Shown here in pieces: positions 59,642 through 64,000 of a DNA stretch of 64,000 nucleotides. The notes under the pieces are model-generated. The model did no database searches. It had not been told where the DNA came from and saw only the letters and a list, made by a program, of their open reading frames with translations. The stretch's first letter is position 1, and each line of letters begins with the position of its first letter. Position numbers and translations under genes: made by a program. Source of the DNA: Synergistales bacterium (lineage in GTDB: Bacteria > Synergistota > Synergistia > Synergistales > JAFGMB01); contig OY762654.1 in NCBI GenBank assembly GCA_963666205.1, positions 2,336,001-2,400,000 of the forward strand. Reading direction: 5' to 3'.

Positions 59642-60553
59642 TCAGGGCCTGTAAGTCTGACGATAGATCCTTTCCACATCTTCCCTGAAGGGGAGACTGG
59701 GCTGAGCTCCCAGAACTGTGCATGCAAGAGCTCCTGCACAGTTGGCGAATTCTACAGCTTCCAGTGTGGACTTCCCTTCAGAGAGGGCAACTGCCATTGC
59801 GCCAGCAAAGGAATCTCCGGCTCCTGTTGTATCGACTGTAGATACGGCTGGTCCCTTGATCCTTGAGATAGAACCCCTTTCGAAAAGTATTGCTCCATCT
59901 GCTCCTGCAGTTACAACAACTGTTTTTACCCCCCTTTGAATAATGGACGACGCAGCTTTTTCCATGTCATCAAGTCCTGACATCTGATGCAGTTCGATGT
60001 TATTCGGAACGAGGATATCGATCAATTTAAGAAAACTGTCAGGTATTTCAGTAAAGGGTGCTGGATCAAGGATAGTCCGCAAACCATGTTTTTTTGAAAG
60101 CCTGAGACCTTCTTCGAGGGTTTCCAGAGGAACTTCAAGCTGGAAAATAGAAGTCTGACAGTTTCTGAACTTATCCTCCTGACGGTTTATATCTCCCGGC
60201 GAAAGAAGCATGTTAGCTCCGGGAGAGACAACGATGGAATTGTCTCCCTCCTTTACTACAGTTATCAGAGCCACTCCTGTATTTATATCTTCTGATACAG
60301 TTACACCTTCGCAGTCTATCCCTTCGTTTTTAAGGTTTTTAAGAAGAGCATTTCCAAATTCATCATGACCTACTCTGCCTATGAATGATACTTCTGCACC
60401 CAGTCTGGCACAGGCTACAGCCTGGTTAGCTCCTTTTCCACCGCCCACCATGACAAGGTTTTCTCCAAGAATGGTCTCTCCCAGCCCTGGAAGTCTTGGA
60501 GTCCTTATTACAAGATCCATATTTACAGATCCAGCGACTATTATATTCGCCAT
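59642..60553 (-). CDS. rbsK: Ribokinase
   Basis: GSVNMD, GGKGANQA and DTTGAGDSF. Confidence 0.95.
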   Translation of the reverse strand: MANIIVAGSVNMDLVIRTPRLPGLGETILGENLVMVGGGKGANQAVACARLGAEVSFIGRVGHDEFGNALLKNLKNEGIDCEGVTVSEDINTGVALITVVKEGDNSIVVSPGANMLLSPGDINRQEDKFRNCQTSIFQLEVPLETLEEGLRLSKKHGLRTILDPAPFTEIPDSFLKLIDILVPNNIELHQMSGLDDMEKAASSIIQRGVKTVVVTAGADGAILFERGSISRIKGPAVSTVDTTGAGDSFAGAMAVALSEGKSTLEAVEFANCAGALACTVLGAQPSLPFREDVERIYRQTYRP

Positions 60554-60695
60554 GGGTTCCTCCTTATCAGAACATTAGTTTCTGTTATTTTATAAATAAA
60601 AAAGGAAAGACACAAAAGTCTTTCCTCAGGAATATACAATTATCCAGATATTTTCTTGCTGAATAAACGGTGAAGCATGGTTAAGGCTATTTCAG

Positions 60696-61760
60696 TCATA
60701 CATTGGTCAGAGTGACCTTTTCGGCCGATATCCTGCCCTGCCGGAAAAGACCGAGGGCAACATCTACAACTTCGGGATCATATCTGATCCCCTTGAAGTT
60801 TTCAAGTTCATTGATCGTATCCTGTATGCTTTTAGCGGCCCTGTAAGGACGGTGAGACCACATAGCTTCCATTACATCCGATACTCCCAGTATTTTGGAT
60901 TCCAGAAGAATTTCCTCTTCCTTTATTCCATGGGGATACCCAGAACCGTCAAGTCTCTCATGATGCTGGAGAATAATTGTATCTATTGGCCAGGGGAAGT
61001 CGATGGGCTGTATTATCTGACATCCGATTACTGGGTGTTCCTTGATCAGGGAGAACTCCGTATCGTTGATCTTCCCGGGTTTATTAAGTATTTCCGATGG
61101 TATATTTATCTTTCCAATATCGTGGATCATCGCGGCCATATATATGGCTTTCTGTACGCAGGGGTCAAGTTCCATGGCTGAAGCTATGGATGTGGCAATG
61201 TGGGCAGTTCTCTGCTGATGTCCTGCGGTGTAGGGATCCTTTGTCTCTACAGTATTGGCAAGGACTTGTATGGTCTGTTCCAACAGTCTCTCTACACCCT
61301 CCAGGCTTTCTCTAAGTTCTATGGTTCTTTCCTGGACAAGTTTTTCAAGGATGTCCCTTTCATGACGGAGTTTGTCCTCAGATTTTTTTATCCTGAGCAT
61401 AGCCTGAACCTGGGCTATCAGTTCTCCCTCATCTATAGGTTTTGCCATAAAGGCATCTGCTCCGGCCTCGAGTCCCATCTTGCGGTTTGCCGGACTATTG
61501 GAAATTGCTGTAAGAAGGATTATCGGGACATGCCTGGTAAGCGGATCTGACCTGAGCCTTTGACAGGTTTCGAAACCATCCATCCTTGGCATTTTGATAT
61601 CAAGAAGGATCGTATCAGGACAGTCTCTCCTGGCCTTTTCGATTCCCTCTGGTCCTGAACTTGCTGTTGTTACGCTGCAGCCTGGAAGGAATGTCTTGAG
61701 CATTGCCTGAATGACAACCAGATTATCTTCTCTGTCGTCTATGGCCAATATTTTAATCAC
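60696..61760 (-). CDS. Response regulator with HD-GYP domain (RpfG-like)
   Basis: REC domain (IDD, LLDIKMP, KP) plus KDPYTAGHQ, HDIGK and HHERLDGSGYP; RBS GAGGTG before GTG 61760. Confidence 0.93.
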   Translation of the reverse strand: MIKILAIDDREDNLVVIQAMLKTFLPGCSVTTASSGPEGIEKARRDCPDTILLDIKMPRMDGFETCQRLRSDPLTRHVPIILLTAISNSPANRKMGLEAGADAFMAKPIDEGELIAQVQAMLRIKKSEDKLRHERDILEKLVQERTIELRESLEGVERLLEQTIQVLANTVETKDPYTAGHQQRTAHIATSIASAMELDPCVQKAIYMAAMIHDIGKINIPSEILNKPGKINDTEFSLIKEHPVIGCQIIQPIDFPWPIDTIILQHHERLDGSGYPHGIKEEEILLESKILGVSDVMEAMWSHRPYRAAKSIQDTINELENFKGIRYDPEVVDVALGLFRQGRISAEKVTLTNV

Positions 61761-61791
61761 TGTGAGTCCACCTCTTTCCCCGGCAGGATCG

Positions 61792-64000
61792 TCATTGTCC
61801 CATCCAGAATGAAACCTTCTCTTCCAGTATGTCCTGGTCGATGGGTTTTGAAATATAATCGTCACATCCGGAAGCCAGAGCCCGTTCCCTTTCGCCTCTC
61901 ATAGCTCTGGCTGTTACTGCTATTACCGGGATCCTTTTTGTCCCGCTGTTTTCCTTTATTCTTCTTGCTACTTCATATCCATCCATTTTGGGCAAAGATA
62001 TGTCCAGAAGGATAAGGTCCGGTTCCCTGCTCAGGGCCATACTCAGACCTTGTTCTCCGTCGGAAGCCTCAAAGAAATCGAAATCATGTCCAAGAAGAGT
62101 CTTGAGGGTAAAGAGGTTATCCGGGTTATCCTCAACGATAAGGATACTCGGAGTGCCTCTGTCTGCTTCCTGTCTCTTCGGGTCAATGGGCAGATCCATA
62201 CCCTGACCAGGATCATTCAGTGGACCGGATTTCCAGGGAGAGCCCTCAAAGACCATCCTTGCCATCTGCAGGAGCCCCTCTTTATCAAGATCTCCCTTGT
62301 GAATAAGTTGCTGGATATTATCAGCGCTCAATCTTTCAAAATCTTCAGAGTTAAGGTCCTTTGCAGTCAGGACAAGAACTGGTATATGTTGTGTTTCCTT
62401 ATTCCTTCTTATCTGGTGCAGTACGTGAAAACCGTCCATTCCAGGCATCATAAGGTCCAGGATGATCCCGTCCGGAATATGTTCCTCCAGGTAGGAGAGA
62501 GCTTCTTCTCCCCCCGTTACTGATTCCACGTTGAAGCCTTCTTTCTCCAGAACCATTCTCACCTGAAGTGCTGCGATCTCGTTATCTTCTACAAGAAGAA
62601 TATTTTTTGAGGCTTGATGGGTAAGGGAAACCCCATTGCGTTCCGTCTTCTCAATTGAGTGGATCATCCTTTTCAGTTTCCTTCCCAATTCAAATGGGGA
62701 ATCCTCGCTTTTTTGAAGGATATTGATCACGTTGCCTGATAGACGTTTCTTCTCTTCCGCAGTGAGTTCCTTTGCTGTAACGATGATCACAGGTATATCA
62801 GATGTTTTGGGGTTAGCCCTGATATTATTCAGAACTTCAAATCCATTCATCTCAGGCATTACAAGGTCGAGAATAAGTATGTCCGGACTGTATTCCTTCA
62901 GCATGGAAAGACATTCTTTCCCATTGGAAAGGGCATAGGTGCTGAAGCCTTCTTTAAGAAGGGATTCGGCCATGCTGGTTCGATCCAGGTCACTGTCGTC
63001 GACTATCATTATTTTTCTGGAATTCTTGTTCCCTATATTGTCTATTTCATTGAGGAGTCTTTTTTCATCAACCGGTTTGGTCAGAAAACTTACCGCTCCC
63101 AAGGCCACCCCCGTTTCTCTTTCATCTGAAACTGAGATAATTATTACGGGAATATCTCTTGTCCTTGGATCTTCTTTAAGGTTCTGAAGCACTTCCCAGC
63201 CATCCATATCAGGCATAATGAGATCGAGAGTTATTGCGAAGGGCTGATAGAGGTAAGCCATTTTAAGGGCCTTTTCGCCAGAATCAGCATGTGCCACTTC
63301 ATAACCCTCACGTGAAAGATATTCCGAAATGATGCTTCTTGCCTTGAAGTCATCATCCACAACGAGGATCTTTTTACCTTTATTTGGATTGATCTTTTTC
63401 AATTTCCTCTGGTTGAATCTCAGCCTGTTTACGACTTTTCCCTGTCCGGACCATTTTAGTGGTAAAACAATGGTGAATCGGGAACCCATACCTTCTTTAC
63501 TTTCAGCCATTATATGGCCTCCGAGCATGTCTGCTGTTTTTTTACAGATGGCAAGGCCTAGCCCGGTTCCCTCGAATTGTCTCGAAGAAGTCCCGTCTGC
63601 CTGTCTGAATTCATCAAAAACAAAGGGAAGTTCATTTGCAGGTATGCCAACTCCCGTATCCTCCACTGCGATAAAGATCTTATCTTCTTCCGAGAAAGCG
63701 GTTATAGAAACACTTCCTTCGTTTGTGAACTTTACAGCATTGCCAATAATATTTAAAAGGATCTTGTTGACCTTTTCCTCATCACTTTCAATATCTGGGA
63801 GGTCTTCAGGCACTATCAACTTAAGGTCCACATCTTTTTCAGCGACGAGAGGTATCATGCTCTCGGAAATCTCCTCTATACACATCCGGATCGAGAATAT
63901 CTCGGGTGAGATCTCCACTTTCCCTGCCTCGATCTTTGAAAGATCCAGAATGTCGTTAATAAGGTTCAGGAGCTGTCTTCCGTTTCTCTCTATTATTTCA
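61792..64000 (-). CDS. Hybrid sensor histidine kinase with four receiver domains, 5' end outside the window
   Basis: Frame is open to the window edge (LLNLINDILDLSKIEAGK, end of HisKA); NAVKFT, DTGVG and GTGLGL HATPase motifs; four REC domains. Confidence 0.93.
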   Translation of the reverse strand, partial: EIIERNGRQLLNLINDILDLSKIEAGKVEISPEIFSIRMCIEEISESMIPLVAEKDVDLKLIVPEDLPDIESDEEKVNKILLNIIGNAVKFTNEGSVSITAFSEEDKIFIAVEDTGVGIPANELPFVFDEFRQADGTSSRQFEGTGLGLAICKKTADMLGGHIMAESKEGMGSRFTIVLPLKWSGQGKVVNRLRFNQRKLKKINPNKGKKILVVDDDFKARSIISEYLSREGYEVAHADSGEKALKMAYLYQPFAITLDLIMPDMDGWEVLQNLKEDPRTRDIPVIIISVSDERETGVALGAVSFLTKPVDEKRLLNEIDNIGNKNSRKIMIVDDSDLDRTSMAESLLKEGFSTYALSNGKECLSMLKEYSPDILILDLVMPEMNGFEVLNNIRANPKTSDIPVIIVTAKELTAEEKKRLSGNVINILQKSEDSPFELGRKLKRMIHSIEKTERNGVSLTHQASKNILLVEDNEIAALQVRMVLEKEGFNVESVTGGEEALSYLEEHIPDGIILDLMMPGMDGFHVLHQIRRNKETQHIPVLVLTAKDLNSEDFERLSADNIQQLIHKGDLDKEGLLQMARMVFEGSPWKSGPLNDPGQGMDLPIDPKRQEADRGTPSILIVEDNPDNLFTLKTLLGHDFDFFEASDGEQGLSMALSREPDLILLDISLPKMDGYEVARRIKENSGTKRIPVIAVTARAMRGERERALASGCDDYISKPIDQDILEEKVSFWMGQ

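Noticed and set aside
1-64000. CRISPR arrays, tRNA/rRNA genes, prophage
   Set aside because: No regularly spaced direct repeats, cloverleaf or rRNA signatures, or phage genes seen by eye; a formal scan was not possible.

Overview
Mostly housekeeping and metabolic chromosome from an anaerobic bacterium, very probably Synergistota (a SYNERG-CTERM-type sorting signal ends the gene at 29695-31842). No rRNA, tRNA, CRISPR array or intact mobile element is visible. In order, the window holds: an NAD-linked, probably electron-bifurcating formate dehydrogenase operon (nuoE-like, hndB-like, nuoF-like, selenocysteine fdh, formate transporter); a secreted protein made of four repeats; M23 peptidase, hydrolase, J-domain and Nudix genes; two membrane Fe-S proteins; iscR-nifS-nifU; carAB; a c-di-GMP-I riboswitch on a surface protein; an IS3 remnant; larBEC; an RNase H-SWIM fusion; a baeRF protein; a peptide ABC transporter with a circularly permuted binding protein; archease-rtcB; a reductive-dehalogenase-like protein; yhaO/yhaN; rbsK; and a hybrid kinase with an HD-GYP regulator. 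The top finding is missed by the ORF track. The small BFD/CopZ-like gene at 14529-14789 (-) appears to read through UGA to give a C-terminal GGCGGG-U-AGCSGSC tail. It has a SECIS-like hairpin with the same GUU loop as the fdh SECIS, and a CsoR-like operator overlaps its promoter. All calls come from reading motifs by eye; no database searches were run.
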